From Azolla caroliniana (lineage: Eukaryota; Plantae; Polypodiophyta): a DNA stretch of 64,000 nt. The notes under the pieces were generated by a model. The model saw only the letters and a program-made list of their open reading frames with translations. It was not told the origin of the DNA and made no database searches. Each line of letters starts with the position of its first letter. Within the stretch, counting starts at the first letter, position 1. This document shows, piece by piece, positions 24,201 to 38,100 of this stretch. The position numbers and the translations under genes were made by a program. Location of the stretch: NCBI GenBank assembly GCA_043228905.1, contig JBHGNT010000013.1, positions 2,356,001 through 2,420,000 on the forward strand. The letters are read 5' to 3'.

Positions 24201-27200
24201 AACTGCGACAAGCGCAGGAATCCCTAGAGAGGGAAATGACGATATCCCAGAGGGTAAAAGCATCCCAACTAGAGGAGGTGGACCTCGGCACAGCAGACAA
24301 GCCCCGACCGGTAAATGTTGCAAAGGAATTGCCGAAGGAAGAAAAGAAGGCAATGGTAGCATTGTTAACAGACTTCAAGGATGTGTTTGCGTGGTCGTAC
24401 GAAGACATGCGAGGGCTGGACCCCCAGCTCTATCAGCACCAAATTCACCTAAGTACGGACGCGAAACCGATTGCTCAACGCAAGTACCGGATGAATCCGA
24501 ATTATGCGGCAAAGGTGAAGGAGGAAATTGATAAGCTCCTCCGGGTCGGATTTATCCGACCGGTCAAGCAGGCAACCTGGCTAAGTCCGATAGTGGTGGT
24601 CCCGAAAAAGAACGGCAAAATCCGGGTATGCGTGGACTACCGAAAACTAAATGCCGCAACAGTGACCGATGCGTTTCCACTACCATTTACGGACGGGGTG
24701 TTAGATGCGGTAGCCGGGCACGAAGTTTACAGCTTCCTGGATGGATTTAGCGGCTACAACCAAATACGAATGAACCCGGCCGACCAAGAGAAGACAGCGT
24801 TCGTCACGGAATGGGGAGTGTTCGTCGCGGTCGTGATGATGTTCGGACTAAAGACGGCTCCAGCGACCTTTCAAAGGATAATAATGGAAATTTCGGGGAA
24901 TATATCCCCGGTTTTATGCAGGTCTTCCTTGACGATTTCGCGGTCTACAGCCGGCACGGAGAGCATCTCGATCACCTCCGGCTGTGCTTGGAGAAGTGCC
25001 GCGAGTACCGATTGAGCCTGAATCCGGCCAAATGCATCTTTGGAGTGGCAAGCGGCAACTTGCTAGGGCACGTGGTGAGTAAGGAAGGAATCGCGGTAGA
25101 TCCGGATAAAGTCAAGGCGATTCTCGATGCACCAGCACCAAGTAGCGCAAAGGCTTTAAGCCGGTTCCTGGGCCAAATAAGGTGGCATAGTCGGATGATA
25201 CGGCACCTCGCGGACTTCGCTACACCGTTACATACCGCCGTACATAGGGTACCCTTCCTATGGGCAGAGACGGAGGAGGAATCCTACAAAGCGTTGAAGG
25301 TTATGCTGTCGCAAGCTCCGGTGGTGCAACCGCCGGATTGGAGTAAAAGCTTTCACGTCTTCGTCGACGCGTCGGACGTAGCAATCGGCAGCGTTCTGAT
25401 GCAACTCACAGAGCCGAAATGGTACCGACCGGTGTACTACGCAAGCCGGAAACTCTCAAAAGCCGAATGGAATTACTCTACGACGGAACGCGAGGCATTC
25501 GGAATGGTGTATAGTGTCACAAACTACAGGCACTATCTGCTCGGAAGGAAGTTTTCCTTCCATGTTGACCATTCGGCACTACTCTACCTGGTCTCGAAGG
25601 CATCCCTGACGGGAAAAATTACACGGTGGACACTGCTACTACAGGAATTTGAATTCGACATTTTCCACTGACCCGGGGCGCAGCATGCGGTAGCGGACTA
25701 TCTAAGCAGACTCGAATCCGGAGAAGCAGGGGACGGCGTCTAGGATGAGTTTCCCGACGCCGAATTGTTCCGGATCACGACGAAACCGGCAACGGATACA
25801 ACGGTAGCCGATGAAGACACATGGCTAACTGAGATGCATCAGTTCCTGAGCACCGGAGTTCCCCCGAAGAACATGGACCGCAATGAAAGGAAAAGGGTAG
25901 CAGTAAGAAGTAGACATTTCTGTTTGGTTGGAGACACCCTCTATCACAAGGGGGCAGATGGCATCTAGAGACGAGCAGTGCGGAGTGATGAGAAGGATCT
26001 AATCCTCAGGGAAGCCCACTGTGGAATTGCCGGCGGGCATTATGCTGGCGACGCAACCGCTCGGAAAATATGGCAGAGCGGACTGTGGTGGCCGACCACC
26101 CTAAAAGATGCCGTGAAGTATAGCAGAGAATGCGATTTGTGTCAACGACTGGGCCAACCCACAGAGCAGGCCCGGATGCCACACCACCCGGTCTTGCCCT
26201 TAGAACCGTTTCAAAAGTGGGGGTTGGACTTTGTCGGTCCCTTCAAACCACTGGCAATGCGAACCGGAAATCGGTATGTCATAGTGGCGACTGACTATTG
26301 CACCAAATGGGTAGAAGCAAAGGCCTTACGGGACAACACGGCCGCGTCCACGACAAAGTTTCTGTACGAATGCATATGGTGCCGGTATGGATGCCCGATC
26401 GAGCTTATAAGTGACCAAGGAGGACATTTTCTCGGGCAGGTAGTAGAAAGCCTGACGTCATTTTACGCGGTGGTACATAAAAAGAGTACACCCTACTACC
26501 CTCAAGCCAATGGACTAGCGGAATCAACGAACAAAACTCTGCAGAACATCCTACGGAAAATCGTCAACGAGAACCGGACCGACTGGGATACGAAATTGCA
26601 AAGCGTGCTATGGGCGTACCGAACAACGTACAAAACCAACATCCGGACAACCCCGTTCCGACTAGCATTCGGGTTAGAAGCGGTCATGCCGGTAGAGTTC
26701 CAGATCCCCAGCTTACGGATTCAGGTGAAGGAGCGCTTAAGTGAGAACGAGTCCGAACGAATCCGGCTGGCAACGCTGTTGGAATTAGAGGAAAACCGAA
26801 TAGCCAGCTTACTACAACTCGAACTGGAGCAAAGGAGGAGAAAAGCCTTCGTGGACCAACACCGGCGTGGCAATGAAAAGGAGTTCGAAGTCGGGAAACC
26901 GGTGCTACTATTCCAGACACGGATGGGGAACATGCCGGGAAAGTTGCGGTTTCGATGGACCGGACCGTTCTGGATCACCAAGGAGTACAATGGGTCGTAT
27001 CAGCTCGGCACGTTGTCTGGAGATGTCATCGGCAAGTGGGCAAATGGATTTCGGCTAAAGCCGTATAAGGGAAATATGCCAGCCAACCCGTTCAAGCGAA
27101 ACCCGGAAACCCGGCAAGATGAGGAACCGACACCGACAGACGCTGCTGAAGATATTCGGACTGAGGAAGAACCGACACCGACAGACGCTACTGAAGATAT

Positions 27201-27315
27201 TCGGACCGAGGAAGAACCGACATCGATACTGACGAAGACTATCCCAGAAAACCGACAGAAGGATCCGGTATCCACACGAACCGACCCGAACAAATCGGGG
27301 GGGACCAACAAATGA
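21263..27315 (+). pseudogene. Gypsy gag-pol, disrupted by stops and a frameshift
   Basis: CYYCRKEGHYSNQC, IIDGGSGVN, CVDYRKLN, FLDGFSGYNQI, FLDD, VDASD, HCGIAGGH/CDLCQR, WGLDFVGP, YYPQANGLAE, GPF. Stops at 22607, 23474, 25669, 25966; frameshift near 24890. Confidence 0.93.
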
Positions 27316-27790
27316 CGTGGTCCAAGCAAAAGGAAAAAAATAAAAAATAAAATAAAATAAAAATAAAATAATAAAATAAAATAATAAAATAAAATAAAAT
27401 AAAATAAAATAAAAAATGACGTGGGCAAAATCGACGCGAATCATCGTAATGATGGGGAGATCACAAGAGGTGGGAGCGCCACCATGCAACGAAGAGGCGC
27501 CATGCATTAAAGAAGGACGTGCGCGGACTTGCTATTTAAAGCATGGAACGTGGGCACTCACACGCGGCAAACAAGAAAGGACATACTAATTATGGCGGGA
27601 AAGGAACATGCGCGGGAAACGAAAAAGGGCGGCTCGAGGCACAACCCACTATATAAGACACAGGCCTGCGAAGGGCTCACTTTTTACGAATTTTCCTACA
27701 TACAGGCGTAGAAGCACAGAAGAGTGACCTGACACAGAGCACACACAGCGCGATCCCGAACAACAGGCAGCAGACGAAGAATTCGGAACA

Positions 27791-30694
27791 ATGGTACTGT
27801 CGGAAGAGGCACGCCAATGGATGAGGGAGAACGGGTTAAAAGGATTGCTGCGGATCGCCGACGCTCCACCACACGCAGAACCAGAGCAGGCAGCAGCATC
27901 GATCGATATATCAGAAGTCACGGAAGGAGCGGTGCGGGCGCTCACGGGGATCAAAGCAGGAGGACTTCAAACAATCGAAAACCCTTCCAGTGAAATCCTG
28001 TTCAAATATTTCGGGGAATACTCTATCAGCAGCAAGGCGTACCGAACGTAGGGCGGAGAGAACCTGCTGTTCGGAGAAGTGGCCCGCGCTATGATTGAAT
28101 ACGGATTCGTGAATCCCCGTCCCCCAGCCATAGCCAAGTACCGGGCAGCATTCTTAATAGCAGCGTACGAGGGCTTACAAATAGACTGGCTCCATTTCAT
28201 AACCGAAGGATTGAAGGAGGCCATCAGAAATCTTGTGGAAGGAAAAAAGCCATGGGCCGGGATAGCACAATGGCTAACGGTGTTAGTCCCACCGGTGCTC
28301 CCCATCACACAAAAGAAAAGAGGTCGGCAGGAGACGACGCCGAAAAAGGTCACAAAGCGCCGATAGATCTTGGAGAAACACACCCCCGGATGGACCCAGC
28401 AAGAAGCAGAACAGCAGGGGGAAGGACCATCCCGATAGCAACAGGAACCGGCAACAAAGGCAAAACCGGCAGGTAAAGGCAAAGGGAAAGCGGCCGAGGA
28501 GGAACCGGTAGCGCGCAAACCAATCCAGATAACGCTGCGACGGCCGGAACCGGAACCAGAGGTCTCTATACAAAAGGTCCGTCTGGTAACCGCACCGGAG
28601 GAGGAAACTGAAACAGAAGACTCATCCGAACCACTGGTAAGATTCCCAGCAAGACAAGGTCGGGAGAAACGGGCGAAAGGACCGGCTCCACCAGTGGACA
28701 GAACTCAGTAGAGGGCGCAAGGACCATCTCCAGTAGCCGAGGCGGAAACAACACCGGAACCCATACCCAGGGAAGCAGCACCGACACCGGTTGGGCCGGA
28801 CTTCAGAAAACCGGTCATCCCAGAGAAGAAGAAGGAACAAGCGCCGTAGCCGGAGCCAGAGAAGAGGCCGGAAAATCAGCCTGGCTTAAGTGAGCAAGGC
28901 CACCCCGACACCGGAAGAACAAAGCCACAATGGCTGAGATGGCTTTCGGAGCAGTTATCGGGAGTAGCGGACCAGTTAGAGAAAGAAGAAACGTGTAGGC
29001 AACAGCTGACGCATACAACAACGCAGGAGTTGGTCGCGCTCCGAACACAGATCGAGGAAATGCAAGGGGAGCTGTTGCAGGCAAGGGAAGGAATTCAACA
29101 AACACAAGATGTCACCGAGCCGGTCGGGACAACAAGGAAGCAACCAGAACCGGAACCGAAACCGGTAGCCTTGCAAACCGGCCCTGAGACCGAAAAAATA
29201 ATAGAAACCTTACGAAAGGAGTTAAAAGCTCAGGAGGCATTAAGGGAAAGAGAAAGGGAGCAGCGGAAAGCGGTGGACGACGACAGACGAAAAATGGAAG
29301 AAGGCCTCCGGAAAGGTTGAGCCGCTTATGACCGACTGCAAGAAGAAAAAGAGAAACTGCAAAAGGAGAAGGACCGACTACGTCGACATGCCGAGCAAGA
29401 GATAGAACGACTGCAGGAAGAACTCCGACAACAGAAGGACCGGGACGATCGGTTAAGAGCTCAGGCAAACCGACGCCTGAAGCAGAAGACGGAGGACTTC
29501 GACCGTCTCTACCGAGATCACAAGCAGGCCGAGTCGGACAACAAAAAACGGGCAGCAGACTACGACCGGCAAATAGAGAAGCTGAAAGAGCAGCTCAAAG
29601 AGACCCGATTAGACCTGGCGAAGGCGATGGATGAGGTCAGTGCCAACAAGGAAGCATTGTCGGCGGAAATAGCCCAAGCAACGGAGAGAAGGAAGGAATT
29701 AGAGGCGCTAAGGCGGGAAAAGTTGGACCTGACCAAGATCAGGAATGAAGAAAAGGAAAAATTGACCTTCACGATCAGCAAACTGCAGAGTACCTATGAA
29801 AAGCAGAAAGCAGATTATGAGGCCCAGGCTCAGATAATGGCCGACATTATAAAACGGGCAAGGAAGGAAAAGCAGGAAGCTTATGTGCATGCTAAGGCAG
29901 GGGTTGACCGGATCAAGCTCATCATGTCAGGATGGAGTACTCGAGCTCAGGCAAGCATCAACGAAAGTACGGAAAAGCTATGGAAGGAGTGGTCACGACA
30001 GGCAGCCGAGCTGCAGACACTATGAGCGGATGCCGAGAATCGGAGGAAGACCGGTGACAAGTTCTACAAGATGGATGAAGAAAGTATCGTCGCCATTCGG
30101 GAAGAATTGTCGGAGGATTTCTACACTTTAGCAGAAGAACACCTCAAAGAAATCCGAGGGTTGGTAGAGAGGTTGGATGACGGGCAGCTCGCAACTCAGT
30201 TGGAGTTGGAGAGATACGAGCAGGACCGGTTACGACAGGAAGCTAAGGGAAGAACGACGCCAATCACGATAAGTGAGGGAGAGCGACCGGCTGCAGATGA
30301 ACCAACCGACACCGAACAACCCCGACGAGGAATACCCGAAGACGAACTTGAAGAAGAGCAGGAGCAGACCGATGCCGGAGAAGAAGAAGAGCTGAGACCG
30401 GAAGACACCAGAGCAGAGGAAGGAGGCATATCGAGTCGACCAGTCGAGACCAGAGAAAGCGACACTGGTAACAGAATAGAGCCAGGAACGGAGGGAGAAC
30501 AGGAAGAACCCGGACGAAGCGGTGAGGAAGCACCGGCACCATAGAATCAAGCAGAGCCGGAGCAGCAAATTTTTACGGAACAGCCTACCCAACCGGGGGT
30601 CGGAGACCAGCCAGGCAAGGAACAGGAACAGGAGGAAGAAGCACCACTGGACACCATCAAGCAAAGTGTGCTCGATATTTTGGAGGAAGACTGA
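27791..30694 (+). pseudogene. Extra sense-strand 3' ORF of the Gypsy element (968 codons: N-terminal helical domain, Pro/Glu-rich linker, long coiled coil, acidic tail)
   Basis: ORF pieces at 27791, 28079, 29030, 29627 and 30071 share one frame and are split only by TAG/TGA. An AT tract (27330-27416) and TATATAAG (about 27650) lie upstream. Confidence 0.8.
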
Positions 30695-31369
30695 GGCCAG
30701 GAGTGGATTCGAAGTGCAAGGCACTTTCCCACGGGCGTGCCATGTGTTGGTCGGTCAGAAGAGCAAGGACAAGTGGGAAGGCGGAATCGGATCGGATGAT
30801 AGGAAGTAAATAATAGTAGAATTATTATTCGGATGGACGGATTCGGTACAGTTGTACCGATCCGGATCCGAACCGATTCGGATGTCGGTTGCCTAAGCGC
30901 ACCGATTGTAACCTTGCCGGATGCCTATAAAAGGATCCGATGATTTGTAAAGTGTTGGGACGGTAGTAATACAATAGTATTTAATGTGTATTTATCTGTA
31001 TCTCGTATTGTTTACCATCTGTGCTTAATTGTAATCATCTTATGCGTGTAACCTAGCATCCAATCCTTACCACCCCTTTGGAGAAGTGTCGGATAGACAC
31101 CTGTGTTGAGGCTAGTCCGGCCAGACAGACAACATGCCAAACCGGCTCTGCCAGATAGTAACAGTAAAGAGAAGAAAGTTTAATGGAAGCCTAACATAGA
31201 GAATAAGCATACCCAAGAGAGAGAGAGAGAGAAACATAAAACTCTATTAAAAAATAACACTTTGTAACTATGTACATAGAATGTGCTCGAGAGAGCACTT
31301 TTATACAAGTCCATAAAGGACTGACAAAAATACTGATGGGTACTTCGTCCAAGCATTGAATACAGGGTT

Positions 31370-32275
31370 CTTGGCGAGCTGTATGCTGCTTACGTTGTCA
31401 CAATAAATCAAGATTGGGCTCAGCACCGCGATCAAGAGGTCTCACAAGAGTTGCCAACGCTAGATGGCTTCACAGGTGGCGATGGTAGCACCCGGGTATT
31501 CAGCCTCAGTCCTCGATAGAGCCTCTCTTGGCTGCTTTTTGCTGCTCCATGCAACAACCGCCCTACCAAGAGAAAACATGTAACCGGAGGTGGATTCGCG
31601 ATCTGAAGCATCACCAGCCCAGTCGGCATTGGTATATCTGACTAGCTTCCCAACGATACCATGTTGGTATAATAGTCCCCGGTCCTTCGTGCCGCTAACA
31701 TACAAGAGTATCTAGTGTGCGCACTAAAGGTGCTCGACGGTCAGCTTTTGCATGAACTGGTTGATCACTCCGACCGAGTAATTGATGTTCGGTCGAGTGA
31801 TTGGCAAGTATATGAGGCTTCCGACAATTAATCGGAACTGTTTCTCATCGCAAGCTGGACCGGAGTCGAGATAAAGCTTCAGGTTCCAGTCTCGGGGTGT
31901 GGAGATCTCTCGACATTCCATCATGCCGAACTTGTACAGTATATTCAACACATACTGTCTTTGTGAGAGCAATATGCCATCGGGGGGTTCGGATTACCTC
32001 AATACCAAGAAAATAATGAAGGTCCCCCAGGTCCTTCGTTTCAAATGCGTCCGACAACTAGTACTTCACTCTGCCGATTTCATCTAGCCCGGGTTCAGTG
32101 ATGACTAAATCATCAACATATAGCAGGATACAGACCGAACCATTCGGACGTTTCCGGATGAATAGTGATGAGTTGGACTTTGAGGCCGCAAACCCCATCT
32201 TACGCAACCGGTGCGTGATCTTCGCATTCCAAGCTCGGTGGGCTTGCTTCAGACCGTAAAACAACTTCTTGAGTC
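31370..32275 (-). pseudogene. Copia family X RT/RNase H fragment
   Basis: FYGLKQAHRAW, LYVDDL, YTNADWAGD, TEAEY motifs across broken ORFs. Confidence 0.85.
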
Positions 32276-34856
32276 ATGTGCATGTAATGGTTAGTTTGAT
32301 AGGTTCGAATCTTGCCATGTGCATGTAATGGTTAGTTTGATATTTTCTTCTTTTTTCTTCATATTTATTCAATCGGTTATTTTATATTATTTTCATGTAG
32401 TGTACTAAATACACTACGACACTCGCCCCCTCCGAAACCACAAATCCTCCGGCATGTGCCGAAGTTGTCGGTGATTGTTAGCCTTCTCCGTCCGGTCTCC
32501 GCCTGGTTGGTTTCGTCACTAGTCGTTTTCGGTTGCCGGTTCCGTCTGTTCGCCGGCTTTCAGTTGCTTGCTCAACCCGGTTTCCGGTTACTGGCCCTCG
32601 AAATTCTTCCTTACTTTTAGTACGCTCCGTTTCTCTCGCTATGTCGACTTTGTCTCTCCATTTCGAGCACAACCATTCTTTCCACCCAACCCATTTTCAC
32701 CATCCGATCCACCATAGTCTTCGTTCACTCTTTGCATAGCCATGGCTGATTGTCGCAACTCCTCGTGCTCTTCTTGAGCATAACCATTCATGTCTTGTCA
32801 AATTTCCTTGGCCCGCTTGGTCCTCCTTATCCGTGGTAGTGCCTTTACTTGGCCTTGTCCTTGTCTTTATCAATGTCGAATTCTCTTCGAATCTCTGGTT
32901 GAGTCGGATTAGCTTCTTTCCAAATCAGTGTCGTCCGATCGTCTTTCGGTTGGATCGGCTTCCGTTCCGATTTGGAGTTGGTTGATTGGTTTTTACCTAT
33001 TCGGCCCCCTTTCGGATCGGTTTAGACTGATCGGTTTCTATTAGTATTTGCTTCCTTTTCCTTGTTTTCACCGGCCTCGACCGGTTTGACCTCCGGTATT
33101 TCGTTCCGGATCGGTCTCGTCTAGTCGGCTTTTGGTTGGAATGATTTCCGTCCGCATGGAACTCGACAAATTGGATTTTGTCCGAATCCACTTCTGCTTG
33201 CTTTAGCTTTCGTTTAGACCGGAATTCCGGCCGGATCATCTTGCGTCCGGACCCACTTTCGGCTTTACATTCTTTGCTCCCACCTCCCATCTCTCTGGTC
33301 TCACGTTGGTTCTCGGACACAACCGCCGAAGTTTCTAGAATTACTGGGTAGGAATCCTCGGTATTATCGTCCTCCATCGTTTCACCCATAGCCACCTTCT
33401 CAGCTATCTCTCCATCGTATGCATCGTCTTCGACCTTTGTTTTCTCTCCGTCTCTTCGGTGTCACATTGTCTTCCAAATGCAACTACGAGAGTCTCTGGA
33501 ATTGGTGATGGGAAATTCTCGATATGGTCATCCTACATTGATTCGTCCATAGCCACCTCCGATTCGATGTAATGTTTTGTGCGACTTCCTTAATCAAGTC
33601 TGCCTCACACTCTTTATCTCCATCAATTATGAAAGCATCTATTATGCTTACCTCTTTCTCAACCAATGTCTTGAACACTCGTATCCCGAAATCTTCTTCT
33701 ACACTTGAAGTGGTGATCCCCACTCTTAGCTTATGAGCCTTATCGTTCGCTATCATTCTTTCGCAAGACAAGAGGGTATCTTGTTCTACACCCTCTCCCG
33801 TGGTACCTTCATATTGTATTTCGGCCTTCATGTCGGCTACATCGTTTGTCCTCAATCGACCATCCTTCATGAGCCATGTACTTGTTGACAAGATTTTCAC
33901 ATTCCTCTCATCATGTCTCCCACATACCCTTCCGACTTCGGCCCAATCCTCGGTAAGACCGTTTGCACCATCATCATCTTTAAGCTCGATCCCGATGTCC
34001 ATCTTTTCTTTCCGATCAATCGATCTTACAAACATTAGGACTTTATACTCCCCCACCAATTGTTGTTCCCGCTCCGAGAGTCGAGCAAAACGATGTGTTG
34101 GGAGACGGGTCCCTCCGGATGGGAATGGAGAAGAACAGTGCCGACGAACAATCGGAAGCCGAGGCCGATAGGCCGAGGCCGAAATCGGAAGAGGAGTACC
34201 CGGCTACGGAGAGCCATATGATACAGACCCAGTATGAACCGGATGAGGAGTACCTGGCTACGGAGAGCCGGATGGTGTAGACCCGGTATGAACCGGATGA
34301 GGAATACCCGGCTACGGAGAGCCGGATGATACAGACCCAGTATGAAACAGATGAGGAGTACCCAGCTACGGAGAGCCGGATGGTGCAGACAAGAGGGTAT
34401 CAGCCTTATTGTTCGCTATCATTCTTTCGCAAGACAAGAGGGTATCTTGTTCTACACCCTCTCCCGTGGTACCTTCATATTGTATTTCGGCCTTCATGTC
34501 AGCTACATCATTTTTCCTCAATCGACCATCCTTCATGAGCCATGTGCTTGTTGACAAGATTTTCATATTCCTCTCATCATGTCTCCCACATGTTGAAAAC
34601 CAGTGCTCGGCCACAACCGAGGAATAGGATCAACTCTCAGAAAACGGGAAATACAAAGTGCACGAGGACAATAGAGAGAAAGGTACACTGGATATTTTAC
34701 GTGGAAAACCCTAAATGGGAAAAAACCACGGGAGTCCTCAAACTCCAACTATCACTATGAACAGGGATGTACACTGGTGAAGCTACAAGGCAACAACCTT
34801 GAGCTCACTGGCTTCGCCACAGGCGGCGGTAATACACAGAGGCAACGACCTCTTCG

Positions 34857-34900
<44 letters not shown>

Positions 34901-35173
34901 CTGCTCTCACTTCGCATAAAAATGAGCAACAACATTAAACTGTTTGCCCTAAATCATATTTATACACATATGACTTTCGGGCTATTTACAAATATAGCCT
35001 CAAGGGCTCTTGGCAAACATATTCACAAATATGTCCCCGCATCCGGATCTCTCTCCGGGTACATTCGTCATCCGTCTCCGTAACCGGGGTCTTCATCATC
35101 CGGCTCCGTAGCCGGGGTCTTCATCATCCGGACATCCCATCCGGAGGGACCGAAATCCCAACAAACTCCCCCT

Positions 35174-38100
35174 TCACTTCGGCATGGGATGTCTCTCCAA
35201 TCCGATCCTCTTCCGGCATGCTTCCAGCTTGTCGGGTGTGAGCACCTTGGTCAGCATATCCGACCCGTTCTCGTCCGTGTGGACCTTCGTCAGCACGAAC
35301 TCCTTGTCTTCTATCCTTTCCCGGATCCAGTGGTATCTACGCTGGATGTGCTTCGTCCGGGAGTGATAGGCCGCGTTCTTCGCAAGGTGGATGGCACTCT
35401 GACTGTCGCAGTAGAGTCGGTACTCCTCCTGCCGGATACCGAGCTCTCTAATGAAGTCCTTCATCCATATTATTTCCTTGCCGACTTCAACAGCCGCCAT
35501 GTACTCCGCCTCCGTGGTTGACAACGCAACCGTCTTCTGTAGCCTCGACTGCCACGAAACAGCTCCTCCTGCATACGTCATCACATACCCTGATGTGGAC
35601 CGGCTGGTATCTGCATCAGCCGACATATCCGAATCGGTAAAGCCGTCGAGTTCGGGCTTTCCGGAGTGTTACCGGCCGGCAAGGAGTCCAAAATACGGAG
35701 TGAAGGAATTAATTAGAGATGGTTGTAAATGAGCATAGTGTGGACGGACGGACTGGAAACGGTATGCCGTTCCAGATCCGGACGGATGCCGAATAGGTGC
35801 GAGAGGCACCGTTTTGTACTACGGGCCGGAAACCTATTTAAAGGCCCGGACCCCATTGTAATGACAACGGATAATTAATAGAGCTTATGATGTTTATACT
35901 TCTGTCTTGAGTTCCGTTCTGTAATCACTGTTATATCTTACGCGTGTAATTAACCAAAGCATTCTAATCGTGTAACCTACGTAAGTTGGTGTAATCGTGA
36001 ATCTTAATCCTATGCCGTAATCACCCTTTGGTGAAGTGTCTCCGTGACACCTTGTGTTAGGCCTTGTCCAGCTAAGCGAATAACACGGAGCCGAATCGGA
36101 GGCACACGTTTGCCGTGCCCTTCAGGTATCGGAGTATCCACTTGACCGCGTTCCAGTGCTCTTTGCCGGGAGGGTCGATCCGACCGGTCTTGCTTCCGAC
36201 ATGTTGAACCGTTTAAGCACCTTTGTCACGTACTTCTCTTGTGACAGCCACAACTGCTTCTTGCTCCGGTCCCGGATGATGTGCATCCCTAGTATTTGTC
36301 TCGCCGGACCCAAGTCCTTCATTGAGAAGGTTCGGTGAAGAGCCTTCTTCAGTATCCGTATCTTGACCTGGTCCCGTCCGACGATCAGCATGTCGTCCAC
36401 GTACAGGAGGAGTATTAGAAAGTCTCCTCCTTCGAACTTCTTCACAAACACGCAGTGGTCGGACTGTGTTTTTAGGTACCCTTCGTCGGTCATGAAGGAG
36501 TCGAACTTCCGGTACCATTGCCGGGGAGCCTGCTTCAGTCCATAAAGGCTCTTCTTCAACCGGCATACCAGGTGCTCCTTCCCTTTCTTCTCGAATCCTT
36601 CCGGTTGCTGCATGTAGATCTCTTCTTCGAGGTCACCGTGAAGGAATGCCGTCTTCACGTCCATCTGTTCTACCTCGAGGTCCATGCTTGCCGCTATGCT
36701 CAGCACCGTCCGGATGGAGGTCATCTTCACTACCGGGGCAAATATCTCGTCGAAGTCGACGCCCTTCTTCTGCTGAAACCCCTTCACCACGATCCTGGCT
36801 TTGTATCTCGGGGGGTTTTCGGCATCTCCCGGTTTCAGCTTGAACACCCACTTGTTTCGAAGTGCCCGCTTTCCTTTCGGCAACTCCACAAGTTCATATG
36901 TGTGGTTCTCATACAGGGAATCCATCTCGTCCTGCATGGCAATCAACCACCTGCGGCTCTGGGTGTCATGCTTTGCTTCTTCAAAGCTCTCCGGCTCCCC
37001 CTCGTCGGTTAGCAGCACGTGCTCTGGTTCCGGAAATCTCCGGGGGGCCCTTCTCTCTCTTAGAGGATATCTCCGTTCCGGAGCTTCGGTAACCGGTTCT
37101 TCCGATTCTTCTTCATCCGAATCCATTTCGGGATCGGGGCCGGTTCCGGTATCATTTTCATCTTCTTCGGCCGGTTTTGTTTCTTCACCGTCTTCGGCCG
37201 GATCCTCGAGTGCTAACCGGTCCCTTGCCGGTCGGGACTGCTCCTCGTAGAGTTGATCCTCACCGGTCGACTTGGAGCTCTTCATCTTCTTCTCCGACTC
37301 CCAGTCGGCGAGTGTCTTGTCCTCCATGAAGACGATATCTCGACTCCTGAATATCTTCTCGTCGACCGGGTCCCATACTCGGTAGCCGAACTCGTCGTCG
37401 CCGTATCCGAGGAATATGCATGGCCGGGTCTTTGGATCTAGCTTTCCTCTCCGGTCCTTTGCCACATGCACGTATGCGAGACACCCGAACACCCTCAGAT
37501 GCCGGTAGGACACTTCCTTCCCGGTCCACACTTTCTGCGGCGTGTCTCCGTCCAAAGGTACTGAGGGTGATCTGTTTATCACGTATGTCGCCGTCGACAT
37601 TGCCTCAGCCCAAAACCCCTTGGGTAACTCCGCATGCGCCAGCATACTCCGGACCCTCTCCATTATGGTCCGGTTCATCCTCTCGGCCAGCCCGTTCAAT
37701 TCCGGCGTCTTCGGCACAGTAAACTCGAGCCGGATTCCTTTCGAGCGACAGTACTCCGTGAACTGCCCCCGGTATTCCCCTCCGTTATCCGCTCGTATCG
37801 CTTTCAACTTCTTGCCGGATTCTCTTTCCACTCTCGCGTGGAGTTCTTTGAAGACGGACAATACTTGGTCCTTTGTCTTTAACGGTGCCGTCCACAGCTT
37901 CCGGCTGTGGTCATCAATGAATGTCATGAAGTACTGGGCTCCGCCATGTGACTTCGTTTCTACTTGACACACGTCAGTGTGCACCAACTCTAATGGTGCA
38001 CTACGTCTCGTCGGTGGCCTTGAGTGGAAGGAGGTCCGGTTTTGCTTACCGGCCAGACAGTCGGTGCACTTCTCCAGGTGCACATGCTTCACTGGAATAA

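Larger units (their letters stand above)
20821..31134 (+). mobile_element. Full-length non-chromovirus Ty3/Gypsy element (Athila/Selgy-like) with an extra 3' ORF
   Basis: 390-bp LTRs 20821-21210 and 30745-31134 (about 5 differences), TSD TGCCA, PBS TGGCGACCAC 21217-21226 (tRNA-Arg-like), order gag-PR-RT-RH-INT with no extra RNase H. Empty site at about 60134. Confidence 0.95.

Noticed and set aside
21211-30724. Many antisense ORFs over the Gypsy and Copia coding regions
   Set aside because: Shadow ORFs of GC-rich coding sequence with no independent motifs.
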